From positions 133,672,001 through 133,736,000 of the forward strand of contig NC_059425.1 of NCBI RefSeq assembly GCF_021028975.2: 64,000 nt of DNA, read 5' to 3'. Under the pieces are notes generated by a model. It was not told the origin of the DNA. It did not search any database and was given only the letters and a program-made list of their open reading frames with translations. How positions within the stretch are numbered: position 1 is the first letter of the stretch; every line of letters begins with the position of its first letter. Source of the stretch: Sphaerodactylus townsendi. Its lineage: Eukaryota. The translations under genes were made by a program, and so were the position numbers. Positions 25,690 through 39,989 of this stretch are shown here, in pieces.

Positions 25690-27076
25690 AATTCCTGGAG
25701 GGGATAATGCAGTTTGATTTAATCCTGGGGAGGAATTTATGACGTGATCTAGCAACATGTCCTGGCACCAAATGAAACATTTGAGGCATACAGACCATTG
25801 AAGCAATATAATCATTTTATTGGAGTGGGGTGTCATCAATACGCTGCTGACACCCAGTTGTATCTGATGGTGGTCCAGATACTGCCCCAGCCATTTTGGG
25901 CAACTGTCTGGAGGCTGTGGTGGAGTGGATGAAAGAGAGCTGGCAGAAATTAAATCCTGCAAAGATGGAGGTTGTGTGGCTGAGTTGGAGGGGGCAGGTT
26001 GGAGGTTGTCCGCTGCCATCACTTGATGTGTAGCTTGTTTCCGCATCATCCATCAAGAGTTTATCCTTATCAATGGAGATCCAAATGAATAACACAACTC
26101 ACACAGCATTTTATCATCTTCACCAAATGTGACACCTGGCCCCCTACCTGTCTCAGGCTGATTTAGCCACTGTGAACCATGCATTGGTCACCTCCAGACT
26201 GGATTACTGCAACTTGCTATACCTAGGGCTTCCCTTGAGCTTTCTCCAGAAACTCCAGCTGGGCCAGAACGCAGCAGCGTGAGCCCTAACTGGAACTTTG
26301 TGGCAGACATATATTCAGCCTGTGCTCTGTCAGCTTCCCTGGCTTCAGGTGAAGTACCAGATCAAGTTTAAGGTGCTAATACTGACATACAAGGCCCTTA
26401 AAGGTCTGAGACCAATGTACCTACAAGACCATTTCTCATGCCGGATCCCCTGACGGATGCTCTGATCATAAAGCAGTAATTTACTTGTGGTCCCTGGCCT
26501 GAGAGAAATCCAGCTGGCCTCAACCAGAGCTTTTCGACCCTGGCTGAAGCCTAGTAGAACATTCCTCTGTTGGATGACAAAGGTCCCTGCAGGATCTAAT
26601 GCAGTTCCACAGGGCCTGCAAGAAGGAACTGTCCCACTAGGCTTGTGGTTGAGGCAGCAGTGGTCTTTAATTCTGGCCTTCCCCCCCCTCCACCCGAGAC
26701 TTAGCTCCAAGGGAGCGGGGGGTGCGATGCACTAGGGCACGCCCCTATGGGTGTGTGGTGAGGGCGTTCCAAGGCGGGGTGGGGCAGGGGCGGAGGACAC
26801 ACTGGTGCACCGGGCACTTTTCCCCCTTGCTACACCTCGGCCTCACCCTCACCACCCACCATCCTTCTTGGCACTCCCTTGATTAGATGGGATTTTTCCT
26901 ATCCTCTCCTTAATGGATTCTTTGAACCTATTGATAGTGAGTTGCTGCCATCGCAACAAATTGGAATGCTTTAGATTTTAAATTAAGTTTATTGTTTTAA
27001 TAATTGTTGTATGCCATCTTGTTTTATCCATTATTGTGAACTGCCCTGAGTCCGAAAAGGGGAGGGCGGTATATAA
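25690..27076 (+). mobile_element. L2-clade LINE remnant with nested GC-rich MITE (~26700-26840)
   Basis: gctgctgacacccagttgtat (decayed YADDTQLY), gtcacctccagactggattactgcaac (VTSRLDYCN), tail tgtgaactgccctgagtcc...ggcggtatataa. Confidence 0.85.
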
Positions 27077-27086
27077 TGGTTTTCAA

Positions 27087-27181
27087 TTTTGCCAGCAGTA
27101 AAATTGGTGTTACTCAGAATATGTACTTTGAAATTTTTTGCCAGCAGTAAAGTTGGTGTTACTCAGAATATGTACTTTGAA
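27087..27181. repeat. Tandem duplication, 49-bp period, one internal mismatch
   Basis: ttttgccagcagtaaa(a/g)ttggtgttactcagaatatgtactttgaa twice. Confidence 0.9.
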
Positions 27182-30013
27182 GTTTTTTATTTAAGACAGC
27201 ATGCAGCATTGGATAATAACAAGCGGAAACTCACAAGGACTTGTGCAAGGGCATCTCATTTCTCCCTCCCTTCTCTTCTTTTCCTTCCCTGAAACCCCCA
27301 TGGATTCTCCCCTTTTCCTGCTTTCTTCTTTCTTTCCCACCAAAGAGCTATTCTGCCTTTACTTACACCCAGTCTTCAGCTTATGATGCTGTTATGGCAC
27401 AGAGCTGCACAAGCCTGGCGTGCAGCTAGACGCTGCCCACCCTGACTGTGTCAGGCCCATTTACATGATGAGGCTCATTACTTTATCCCCCTCCTCATAG
27501 TACTTTCCCCCTTATATCTTCTCTTCTTTCCCTTCCTCATTCTCTCTATCTTAGCCATTTACCAGCCTATCTCATTTCAGTCTCCCATCTTCAACTATAT
27601 TTATTATGAATTTGCTTCATTTATGCTTGGCCATTCTCCACAGCAGGGACCCAAAGCGGCTTATGTCATTCTTCATTCTTCCATGTTATCCTTACAACAA
27701 CCCTGTGAGCTATGTTAGTTTATGTTTAACCACCTTAAGTAAGTGACTGGCCCGATGTCACCTAATGAACCGCTGCGGCAGACTGGTGATTTGAACCCAG
27801 TTTAGCCCTGATGAGCCCTCCCTCAAAGGCAAATACAATCCTGGAAAAGGCTCTATCCCTTTTCCCCCGCTTTTACTGAAAGCAACCAAGTCTAGAATGT
27901 TGTGGTTGCCTGGCAGCGGCCAGTTAGGGCATCTGTTTCTTAAAGGTACAGACATTCCTTTTATCATGTTGAGTTTTTTTTAAAAAAAATACTTTTTTCT
28001 TAGATTTTTTATTTTTCTGCAAACCTGAGGGTTTTTTAGGTTTATAGAAAGATCTGCCTTGTCCATTCATGGCTACCATTATTGGATTTAAGTATCCTGA
28101 GAGTCAACTAACTTGACTATTGGAATACACGAGAAAGTTGCAGGGAGGATCTATTTCCCTTCCTTTGCTCTACTCCATTAAAGTTTCCTTTTCTCTCTCT
28201 CTCTGCACCTATACTTATCTATCGATCTTTGCTCTCCCCTCACTTATAGTTACACTGTGATAGTACTTCCCCCTCCCCCTTTTTTCTCTTCCTACTACTC
28301 TGGGCCCACAGCAGGAGACTTCCATCACAGTGGAAACCTGGTCTCCTTAATTTTCAGGAATATTGCTTTGTTGTTTAAAAGTGCCTTTATTTGTCCACTA
28401 TTAATTTGCTATAATGTGTATGATAATGATACATTATTGAAGAGGTCGGTGTTGTTTTCACCAAATGTATTGCTAGTCTTGTTGTGCCTGAATAAGACCA
28501 TTTCTGCCATCTTGGAGATAGGGGAAAGTGAAAGTAGAAAGTGGAAATGGATTTTATGGTAAGCAAAGGAAAATATAGTATTTGCATGAAAAAATACATT
28601 TGCTAAAGTTGTGCATAATGCAGCAGTTTACAGTTCTCTCAAGGACTGAGTATGTTCATAATTTTATGGAAAATTGAGACATTCATTCCACAAATTCCAC
28701 AGTTGTGCTACATAGTACAATTGTGCACGCTAAGTAATAAATGAAGCATTTTATGCTGCTAAAGCAGCCTAGGTCTGATTAAAAAATATTGCATGTATTT
28801 CAGTCACTTCCCCATTTTTAAAAGAGGTTTTCTTAAATCAGTGGCTTCACAATATCTGGAAATTTTACATGTCTGGCAACCTTTGATATCATGTGTGTGT
28901 CTGTGCTGGTGGAACAAAGGGCCTAAGCTATTCGATGCCACTAAATGGATGGAGTTTAGGCAATCATATCAAACCTAGAAATATTTGAATGCAATCCCCT
29001 TAACATAGATGCAAGAAGTCTGCGTTATGATCTGTAGATTAAAGAATTTGTATGTCTTAAATATCCTTATGTTTACATTTGAATATTGTTTATTTTTTGT
29101 AAATATTTATTCAAAATACTTTAGAGAAAATTGGTACTTCGTAGGCACCACGGTTCCTAATTGAAAAGGGAATTTTCATGTGCTTTCAGACTCACTGTAA
29201 AGGCAAAAAGATACAAGTTTCCATCTTCCTTGAAAGGTCAATCATGAGGGTTTATTCTTCTTTCATGATTTCCATACATCAGTACAGACCCTTGCTAAGT
29301 TTTTGGAAGTGTCTTTAGGTTTTTGTATTTAAACTGAACCTTTCCCTAAATATATGCACCTTCCCACGCTTCCTTTTCCCAAATGCTATTGCTGACCTAT
29401 AAGTATAAATCAGTAGACCCATAGTACAGCTGATCATGCACAACTTGGTTTGGTTTATCATCTAGTTTATGTGCCACTAGTCCTGGATCTCAATCGCATA
29501 CACTTGTGTGTTACAACATTTTGAAAGAGGAAGGTGGGGGCTTTGTAACTTTTTATATATGAAGTTATCAGGCGATATTGAGCGGTCAAGCATCTATCAC
29601 TGTCACAGAGGATAATAAAGCTAATGGAACTGCTGACACTTTAAATAGGATGGCATTGCAGTAAGAAACTATTTCGTTTTTTGTGTCTTTGCCGGAAAAA
29701 GCAATATGCAGACATATTAAATTAAGATAAATGCCACTTGTAACCACAGTGAATATAGAATTAAAGTTTAGAAGCCAGTGTGCTGTACAGCATGCTTTGA
29801 AATGTTTTTAGCTTTCCTTTCACATCGCTGTCTAATAGATCTGTTGAAATGTCAGTTTAAATTATTTTAATTTTAAATTATTTTCTTCACATTATTTTCT
29901 TTTCCCCCCATTTGGATGTGATATTGCTGTAGCTTTTGCAGGTCCCAGACTGTGCTTTCCTATTTTCAGCCCAGATTGACAAAGCCTTGCTAGTTGTAAT
30001 AGTTCTATAACTA

Positions 30014-31181
30014 GCCTGTTTCCCTGAAAATAAGACATACCCCCCCCCCAAAAAAAGCCCTACCATGATTTTTCGGGATTTTTGGAGGATGCTTGAAATA
30101 TAAGCCCTACTCCAAAAATAAGCCCTAGTTACAGATTCCCCGGCGCAACTGATCTGGTCACGGGGGGGGCACAAAATCATGGAAAATATAAGACATTGCC
30201 TCAGGGACATAGGTATAGATTTTTAGGGGGGTTCGGGGGCAGGGCCACGCCTCACCAAGCCTTGCCCCCGGCCTCAGTGCTTATAAAGGCAGCTTTCCGA
30301 GGCCGGGGACAGCAGACTCCCCAGCCACGCCCCCACCAGCTGGGCTCCCAGTCGGCAGCTACCTAGGGAAAATGGAGTCCTGTGCAAAATCTGAGTTTTG
30401 TCCCCCCCCCCCCATGGGCATCTGCTGTGATGCTGGAATCCACCCGCAAACAGCATCACTTTCAATGGTGTTTAAACTAGAGAGCCCAAATTCTCCTTTT
30501 AAATCCACCTTAAAGGAAGAATCTGGGGTCCCCAGTTAAAACATCATTGAAAGTGATGCTGTTTGGGGGTAGATTATCCCCCACCCTGAAACAGCATCAC
30601 TTTCAATGTTTAAATTGGGGACCTCAGATTCTCCCTTTAAATCCATGCTGAAGGGATCAAAAGGAGAATCAAAAGGAGAATCTGGGGAAATTTGGAGGTT
30701 GCCTGCTGTCAGAGGTGCAATTGTTAAGCTAGCAGCACCAAATTTTCAGGGATGTTTTGGGAGACTCTTCTGATGATACCTCCCAGGTTTGGTGAAGTTT
30801 GGTTCAGGGGGTCCAAAGTTATGGACCCTCAAAGGTGGAGCCCCCATCTCCTATTAGCTCCCATTGGAAACAATGGGGGATGGGGCACCCCTTTTGGGAG
30901 TCCATAACTTTGGACCCCCTCAGCCAAACCTCACCAAACCTGGGTAGTATCATCAGAAGAGTCTCCCAAAACATCTCTGAAAATTTGGTGCTTATAGCCT
31001 AAAACTGCATCTCCTGCAGGCCAAAAACTAAAAAACACTTAAAAATACCCAAAAAAGCACAAATGGGGGCAGGAGCTTCGGACGTGTAATGGGGGGGTTT
31101 GAACTCGAGAAACTAAGCCCTAACGCATCTTTTGGAGCAAAAATTAATATAAGACCCTGTCTTATTTTTGGGGAAACACAG
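30014..31181. mobile_element. Tc1/mariner (Tc2/pogo-like) non-autonomous element with nested palindromic repeat
   Basis: TIRs tgtttccctgaaaataagac / gtcttatttttggggaaaca, flanked by TA; internal long inverted repeat 30734-30992. Confidence 0.7.
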
Positions 31182-34140
31182 TATATGTTTATATTATGGA
31201 CTGGCGGCAACAAGCAGCAGTGCTGTATCAGTCTTCAGCATTAGCGGTCATCAAGAGATTGGAAAAGGTGGCAAGGTTTACAACAAAGTTCAAACCCCTG
31301 ACTTTGGACAGTTTTGTGATTAAACTCACAGACACAGCGTAGTTATCTATTTCTGAACACAGTCTAGCATGCGGACCAAAAAATCCATGCATTATGGCCA
31401 TGTACAGATAGAGGGAATGTTTCTGCCAATGTAGGGGAAGCCTCCACATTTGCAGAAAAATGTAAAAAGGGGTGATACTGAGGTTTTTTAAAAAAAAACT
31501 GAAGCAGTGTGTATGTCATATCTTCAAAAATAGATTCTGACTGCTGTCTCATGAGATCACGTTTGGCATTGTGGTCTTGTTAGCAACCCTATACAGGCAA
31601 GACACGTGCTTAGGAAAGGGAGGAATGGAAAGAGGTAAGAAGGGGGAAATAGTGTGGGGAGCAAGAGAAGATGATGGTACGGAAAAGATGAGGCAGCCAA
31701 GTCAAGCAGCAGCAGTAATGGCAGGAGAGAGGAAGCAGGGCATTGAGAGGAAGCAGGGATCAACATCTTGTGCTTGATCGTCTCCAGGTGCCATCCCCTG
31801 AAGAAACCAGGCAGGGCTTTCCCACTGAATGCCTCTCTTTCCCCAGTTGTATTTAGTCTGCTGATTGAGGGCCTAGGAGTGGGAACCATGCCAGACGCAC
31901 ATTCTTTTCTAAGCCCAGACCCCCATGATTATATGGCCAGAGCAATGGCCAGGGAAGAAAGCACAGTTCTGCGTGTGTTCTGCTGAAGGCTTCCCTCTGG
32001 TGTAGCAGCAGATCAGGGGAACCTGGAAGCTGAAAACACATCCTCCTGGATCCCAGCTCCAAGTTCAATTCCTGAGCCGCTAGCTGGATGGTAAGGAGAG
32101 CTGGATGCCTCACTCAGATTCCATCTGATGGGAAGACTGGGCGAGGGGGAAGAAGCTGGGGCCAGTGGTAAGAATGGGATTGACCTTCTACAGCTGCCTG
32201 CAGGTCTAGTTTTTGCAGCCAACTATGACATTACAGAGTAGTGATTGCTGGCCAACAAGTTTTAATCACTGAGGTATCTGCCTAGGTAGAAATAGACCCA
32301 CCTTTGCAACCGTCCTTGGCCAAGCCAATACACAGGTCCCCACTCGTTCAGACTGTTTATCTACTTGCTAGTTTTGGGAGGGGGAAGCCTCATAATGGTC
32401 AGTATCGTAGATGTTCCAGAAGAATAAGCACAAGCATGACAAAATAAATGTGTTGCCCTAATCACAAGCACTTCCCTTTTAGCAAGTCAGCGACTTTCAT
32501 GGACTGTCTATGGCATGCGCCAAATGACAGGCATTTTATTTCAAGACAATGTCACTGAAAGATTATTTTAAATACAGAGCTGGTGGAATCCACTTTCTCT
32601 GACCTTAGCCACATAAGTTGTATTTTTATAGCAGTTTCAGTACTTCTCTCTGTACTTGCCCCACATTGTACAGTCATTTAGCGTCTCATCTTGAGGGTAT
32701 TGTGGTTGCAACTGAGTGGTGTGTGACCCATTTTTCATAACACTTTTGAATGCTGCAAAAGCAGAAGTACTTAGAACATCTGCAGGATGAAATAATTTAC
32801 AGAAAAGCAGGTTGTTTTTGTTTTGTTGTTAAACCTCTGATTCGCCCTCTCGTTTCACTCTGTGAATGTGGAAGTGTCCTCTTTTGTTCTGTTTTACCGA
32901 TAAAGGTCTGAAGCTAAGGGAAGAGACCACCTTTCAGCTCCTATTCATTTAAATGGGGCATCTGTATGAAGAGTTGATGATTGGTTGAAAGTAAAACTTG
33001 CAGAATTGTAGGCAGAAATGGCAGAAGAAATATGGGAACCTTTTACTTCTCAGGAGGGAATTTGCATTATCCCAGTGGCGCTGGGAGACCAGCTGGGTAA
33101 CCCTTTGACAGGAACCCATACTGTCATTCTTGGAATACTTGATCTGTTCCAGTACGGTCCAGATTTCTCCCTGTTACCCCAGTGGCACGAGATAAAGTGG
33201 AACTTTCATACTGCTGAGTCTGAGTACCCATCTCACAAAAGCAGCCATGCTAGTAGACTGCATGCTATGGAAGCAGCAAGAAATAATCAGTGCACTTTGT
33301 ATAATATTCTTATCTCTCACTGTGTTCTGAAAATATGTGTAGGGAAACAGGGAATAACTGCAGATACACATTGTAGTCAGGTATGCAAGTGAGACATGTA
33401 TCTCGCAAAATTCCAGGACTCTCTCCCATCATTCCCACTTTGCAGGGCCAAATCAAACAGAACACAAGAGATCCTTGATTGGACCTCCCAATGTTTCATT
33501 TTAACTACTACTAGAAGAAAAATGGCACTTTTTGGGGGGACTTTTAGTACTTTTCCTTTCGCTTTTCTAACCTGAAAGGGGCATACTGACACAAGGGAAT
33601 TCTGTGAATGGAGCTCTTCAGCTTTGTTTTTAGTGGAAATAGCAATCTCTTGAGCCTCATTTGGATCTAGGAGTGTGTGGGGAAAGAAGGCTTTGCATGA
33701 ATGAACTGATTTCCTCCACCCACCCCCCAGCTATTACCTCTGGAGGGGGAAAAACGGTGGGAATTTTTTGTGCGGGGGTGTCCCCTACTTCAAGTGCTAC
33801 AAATCACATGGTTGCTTAGTTTATATTGGCAAGTGGGGAGGAGGGAGGTTTAAAGCTTTTTTCCCCATAACACACATACAGATCATCTGCGATGAATCTT
33901 CCAACATGGCATCTCGTTTGGCTTGTAAATTAAAGCTCCTATTAGGATTACTGGTGAAAAAAATACCTGGGTGTTTTAGAGGTGACATAGAGATGAATGT
34001 CCAGAAAACAGGGTGGGAAGGGTCAAATACTTGTTCTTCAACATGCACACACATACACGCTGATCCAGCCTCATCCATAGCTGCTCGTTTCAAATAAAAG
34101 AAGGGAAACATTGTATGAACCAATTAGATGTTCCAAAGAG

Positions 34141-34400
34141 GAGTAGCGGTGGTGTAGTGGTTAAGAGCAGGTGCATTCTAATCTGGAGGAACCAGGTTTG
34201 ATTCCCCGCTCTGCCGCTGAACTGTGGAGGCTTATCTGGGGAATTCAGATTAGCCTGTGCACTTCCACACACGCCAGCTGGGTGACCTTGGGCTAGTCAC
34301 AGCTTTTCAGAGCTCTCTCAGCCCCGCCCACCTCACAGGGTGTTTGTTGTGAGGGGGGAAGGGCAAGGAGAGAAAGGGGGGATATAAATCCAAACTCTTT
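34141..34400 (+). mobile_element. tRNA-headed CORE-type SINE (Squam3-like)
   Basis: ggtggtgtagtggttaagagc...ggtttgattcccc...gctgggtgaccttgggctagtcacag. Confidence 0.9.
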
Positions 34401-35299
34401 TTCATAGCATATATCTTGTTCCAGTTGCCACAAGACTCGTGTGCTGCAGTTATGTGTATTAGCTGTACATTGGTAGTGCTTTCTCGAGGTCGGGAAATAC
34501 ATGTTTCTAAAATGTTTTCAACACCTTTCAGTGTGGGAATCGTTAACAGAGTTGTAATAACTTGCAGAGATTTCTTGAGAAATAGTGTTGCAATAAAAGC
34601 TGTAGTGATCATAAGGACTTGCATTTGGGGGGGGGGATTTTTATTAGAAGAAGAAAACTGATTTTCTCTTCTAACTCCAATCAGCTCTGTTATTAATCGA
34701 GTCTCAAGGTAGCTTTCCACTTAATAAGCAAACGCTGTAAATGAAGTTAGTCATGCACATGTTGAAACAGAAATGCCTTCAAACGTATGCGTAGTTTGCA
34801 GATGGAAAAAAATTAGATATGCATGATGACAATAAATGGGGACGGTATTGCAAGCTCTTGTGTCATACATATATAAAATTAGACTAATTTGCAAAGCAAG
34901 TTCTGAAGCTCCGTGTTTAGTCCCAATTTCATACTTGACTGGTAACATGCTTCAGCGTCTTCAGATATTCTTATGACTGTGGTGGAATTTTTTTATTAAC
35001 TCTTTGTAAACTTTCTGGGTAGAACCTTCATACAACTGTGCAACATTAAGCCCGTCAGCAGCTCCTTTTCCAAGCTTCTAAAGGATTTCCCAGTTAGCTG
35101 TGTAGTATGGACACAATCCATCCAAAGTGAAGCAGTCTGCTCCCATTTGTTTAGAAGGAAGAGTTAAGCAAGTTGACATGTTCTATACCTGCCAGAGCCG
35201 CCAAATTAACTTCAAGGGCAGATGCATTTAGAATGCATTCCAATAATCTAGCCTCAAGGTTACCATGGCAAAGATCCAGTGACCATATCAACCAATTCA

Positions 35300-35576
35300 A
35301 GAAGAAGCAGAGTTGGATTTATATCCCCCCTTTCTCTCCTGTAGGAGAGTCAAAGGGGCTTAGAAATTCCTTTCCCTTCCCCGCTCACGACAAACACCCT
35401 GTGAGGTGGGTTGAGCTGAGAGTGCTCCGTAGAGCTGTGACTAACCCAAGGTCACCCAGCTGGTGTGTGTTGGAGTGTACAAGCTAATCTGAATTTCCCA
35501 GATAAGCCTCCACAACTCAAGGGGCAGACCCAGTTCCTCCAGATTAGAGTACCTCTGCTCTTAACCACTACGCCAC
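35300..35576 (-). mobile_element. tRNA-headed CORE-type SINE (Squam3-like)
   Basis: Reverse complement of the 34141-34400 copy, with (AAG) tail at 35300. Confidence 0.9.
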
Positions 35577-38500
35577 TTCTGATCAAGGTACGTGATCATT
35601 TTCTGGGCTAAACTTAAGCAGCACACATGCCTCATTAGTATCTTGACACATTTTCCGTTGCTTTTACAGATTGCTACTTCACTGGCAGCATCCGATTAAT
35701 ACCTGTTAGTCCATAGCCAATTTAAAACTTGGTGAAGAACTGAGACGATACTAGAGAATCGCCAGGTTGCTTGGAACCCTATATGTGCATTACGTACTCC
35801 TCATGTTACATTCACTGCTTGTACAGTTGAATGTGTGATATAAACCATACATTTACCCAGTTACTGGTCCCCAGTTTTATTGGTAAAATGAGTGCACATT
35901 GTCCATTTCTTGTAAACAGGTGTGCGCACGTACAGGCAAAATGTGTGTATGTTCAATAGAATGTGAACAGTGCTAGACGGATTTAAGGGATCCAGTTTAA
36001 GGATTAATGGAGTATAGCACTGTATTGTGCCTTCCCTCTTCTCAAGCTTGTTTCTCAGCCTGGCTCACTTCCAGTGCCAATGTTGCAGCTGCAGGAAAAT
36101 GCCCAAGATGGGGTTTCCCTGGAAGATCAGCTGTGTCCAAGGGAAGTTTTGCACACATCCTTTGTTTCTTTGTAAATAAGTCCCCTGCCAACCCCTTTTT
36201 TCCACATAGTGACATCACGTCCTGCTTTGAATCTATGAATCTGCTATGCCCTGTCTAGCTGGACTCTAAATTGTTTAGTACATTTTATTATTCCCACTTC
36301 TCTTTCTCAAGTTCAAGCTGTTAGGGGTGGGGGGGGGGGCAAATTGAGAGGAACAGACTTGTGCTGAAATGAGCCATCATTCTGGGATTTTTTTTTCTTC
36401 ATTGCATATATGTTTATGTATTTGCCTTGTAGGTGCTGGGAGTGTGGGCGTACAAGAAAAATTAGTGGTTTCAAATAAGATTTTCCATCTATTGCCCTTT
36501 TGTCTACCACTGAAAATAAAGACTCATAATCTGGTACTGTAGATGAAGCCCAGTCAGTCAGTTAAATGCTCACAATTGGCTTGCATGCGGTCGCCTCTGT
36601 CTGGTAAGATCAACATTTCAGAATTGGATTCTGTGATGGAGGGAGGCTGGGTTTGTTAAATGAGAAAGCAGGTGTCAGGTTAATAGCAATTCCTCTTTGC
36701 GTTGTATAGTATTTGAACTGAACTTAAAAACGATGCCCATATGTAACCGCATCACTATGATAGAAGCAGCTTTTTTGTTACAAGTGGGTGCAAGGCCTTG
36801 CTCCTGATATTTTGTGATACAGGTGCACTTTGTCATAGATCTGGTCACAGGAACTGCCTTTCCTGATCAAATTAAGCAAGTTCAGTTAGCAGAACATTCA
36901 GGCTTCTAACAGTTACTATCCGGTTGTTTCTTGGCACTCATAAACTAGAAATGAATGAGGTAGCCCTTTTGTTTGTCTCTAATATTTAATGATTGCAGAT
37001 ACACTACTTCTATTCATGGAGGTTTCACTTGCCTGACTTGGTTAATATCTTTTGCTGTACCTCCTATAAATTCATGTAGATTTAATTTGTCACAAGAAAG
37101 GTGGGAAAAGAGTGGATATCAGAAGAGAGACAGGAGAGTTAATGTGACCATAGAAGGTTGCACTTACCTGACAGCATTCTTGATAGCTATCAGAGAAAGA
37201 GAACTAGCTATCTGTTTGTTGATATGCATTCCATGCATGCAGAAGCAAATTTATTAAACTCATTGCATTTCACAATCTATACTGAACAGCAAGCATTTTC
37301 TATTGCAAGAAATAATGTAGTATCACTGTTTGCTAGCTAAACAACTCTCTAGATAGCCAGGTCTATTTAATAAGTAGCTGCATTAATTAGAGTACACCTT
37401 TCTTTCCAATAGAGCTATGAAATCTTTAGTAATCAATGTAACTGAAAACAGGGCAGCCTCCTTCATTTTAATGTATTCATGTAATGTATTCATTCAAGGT
37501 TCAATTTTACAATGACATTTCCAGTTCTGTGTCCTATTTTGTTCCCATTTTATTTACTGATGGTACATTCCACCTTACCATGTGGTTCCTGAGAAACATG
37601 CCAAAGCAGCTTTACAAAACCTTAGCAGTAGAGGGTTTTGAATTTTATTTTCATATAGGTTTGTTACCACGGAAAAGTTAGTGTGTAGTTGCAGGAAATA
37701 TTTGATCTCTTAATGTTTCCTAGCAGGCAATGAATAGGAAAATTGATATTTTCCAAGTGTGAATATGCAGTGTAAGTTTTGAATACAGCATGAACTGTTT
37801 AAAGATACAGAGAAGTCTTCAGTTGATCAGCTCTCTCTATTGTAGCAGAAATCTTAGTTCTCTTTATTATGCACATGGTCCAATTCTGTTCATATTATCC
37901 TATTAGTATATAACAGCCCAGTGTGTTTCAAATGACTCACTTTTTAAAGTGGGGGCTGTTGGGAAGTGTAGTCCATGCTTGTCTAATATTTCCATGAATT
38001 ACACTCTTTCCCTCCCTCTCCAATTTCTGGACAGAGCAAGAGATCAAGGAGGTCTTGGCTGAAGTCCAGATAAGCCAACATTCTCCTAGGTCAGAAGTTA
38101 CTTTCTACCAGGACAGAGTCAGTGTATATATGATCTTGTCAAGTCACTTGACTATGAACCTACGATTCGCTTCCCTCTCCCTTCTCCCACCATCACACAG
38201 GTAGGTAATAGAGCCTTTGTAATGTTTGAAGTCTCCTGGAAAAAAGACATGGGTTAATGTCACGACACAATCTGCCCATCCGTCCCCCCTTCACTCCCTA
38301 CAACTACTTAATGTTAAAGAAAATGTTAAAATGACCCATTCATGTATTTTTCCTGTAATACAAAGCCTTGGTCAGATATTCAGTTGTGATCACAGAAACA
38401 AAGATCATTCTCCACTAGCATTTTTTTTCTGCATCAGTAGACGGAATTGCATACGTTTAGAAGTGCAGCCCATTTGCAGAAGATGATCTAATCCAGTTGA

Positions 38501-39349
38501 CTGTTGCAACTCAGGCCAATCATTGTGATTTAACATGAATAATACGCACCGTTTAGTGGCAGCCATTTTCTGTAATGATGCCTTTCAATGTGTATCTCTT
38601 CATTGCTGGTTATTCTCTTAGGACGTTCATCTGAGGAATGCTGTATAGCAGTTATTACTGATGGAGGAGTCTTGTGTATAATTGGAATTCTCAAATAAGC
38701 TTGACATTTGGAGTGTGGAGCATAAATGCAATAAGGGCATTTCAACAGAGATCTGTAATTGGGAATGAATGGAGTAAATTTGTACACATGTGCTGCAGGA
38801 GGGCACAGAGGAAGGTGAAATTGCACACTCTGCAGTGAATGAGGGATGAAAGCCAATGTATCAGTGTCATGGCATGACAGTGTAGAGTATAAATGATATT
38901 GTCACTGCATGCTGCAGCAGGTATCAAGGGAATTTCGCTCCAGTGAATTACATTTCTTCGACAGAACTGAAGGCATTGTGTCTAAATGAGCAGAGGGGAA
39001 AAGAAGGGTTGTCAGCATAAAGCAGAAGACTGTACAGAGCAACTGACTGCAGGGTTGAAAAGCTGGTGCATTTCTAAAGTTTACTGTGCTTTGTAGGAGG
39101 CTTTATGTTTTAATCTCCTTTGCAGAAGATATTTGTGTGTGTGAAAGAGAGACAGACAGATGGAGTGCGGTTCTCCCTTCCCCCAATGCCTGTAATTTTT
39201 GTAGATTCACTCGTTACCACATCGCCAGTTAACCTCAAGAAGTAGTAGGTACTTGCTGTTTCGGGAAATCTGGTTTAAGACTAAAAGAGATTTGCGCAGT
39301 ACTTTAAAAAAAGGGTCTGTGTTTTGAGTTTTTGCTGGTACTTTTATCA

Positions 39350-39545
39350 GCCGGCTTGGTGTGATGTTGAGAGTGTTGAGTTAGGATCTGGGATACTCAG
39401 GTTCGAATCCCCAATCTGCCTTGGAAACATGCAGGGTGAAGTTGGGCCAGTCACACACTCTCAGTCTGACCTACCTCACGGGATAAAGTAAAGGAGGGGA
39501 GAAAGGTGTAAGCCGCGTTGTGTCTCCATTGGGAAGAAAGGCTAC
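39350..39545 (+). mobile_element. Older CORE-type SINE
   Basis: ggttcgaatcccc B box; ttgggccagtcacac...acctacctcac core. Confidence 0.75.
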
Positions 39546-39989
39546 AACAGACTTTTAAAAAATAGGAACCAAAATGCTGGAATACAAGTCAGACATCGGA
39601 ATGGGGAAATTGAATGGTGCTGACTGGGCAGATGGTTCAGTTTGCCCTTCCCTTCTCTCCTGCCTTTTGTTCCTGCCCACCTCCTGCTCTCCCAGCTTTA
39701 CCATTCCCAACAGTCTCCAGTCCCTTGCTCTCTGGGGGATGGGTAGAAACTGCCATTTGAATGACGGGGAAGTTTCCTGTAGGTACAGAAACAGGAAATA
39801 CAGAGGGTATTCTCAAGGTAAGGGTGCTGTTCTCCTTTCCCTCTTGAAATCAGGTTAAGGTGAGGACTTGTCAATCAGAGACTCAGCAAAAACTCTCTCC
39901 TGCCTTGGCAGCTCCACATTTCGTCACCTTCGTTATCTGCATGGGGTGAAGAGAGATGACATACATGACCATTACACTTTTCTGCAGCC

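Noticed and set aside
27087-27181. CRISPR-like repeats (also 14613-14670)
   Set aside because: Only two units, no spacers, vertebrate context.
27805-27850. CTGATGA-gcc...ggc-aaa hammerhead-like string
   Set aside because: Lacks G12 of GAAA and has no convincing stems I/III.
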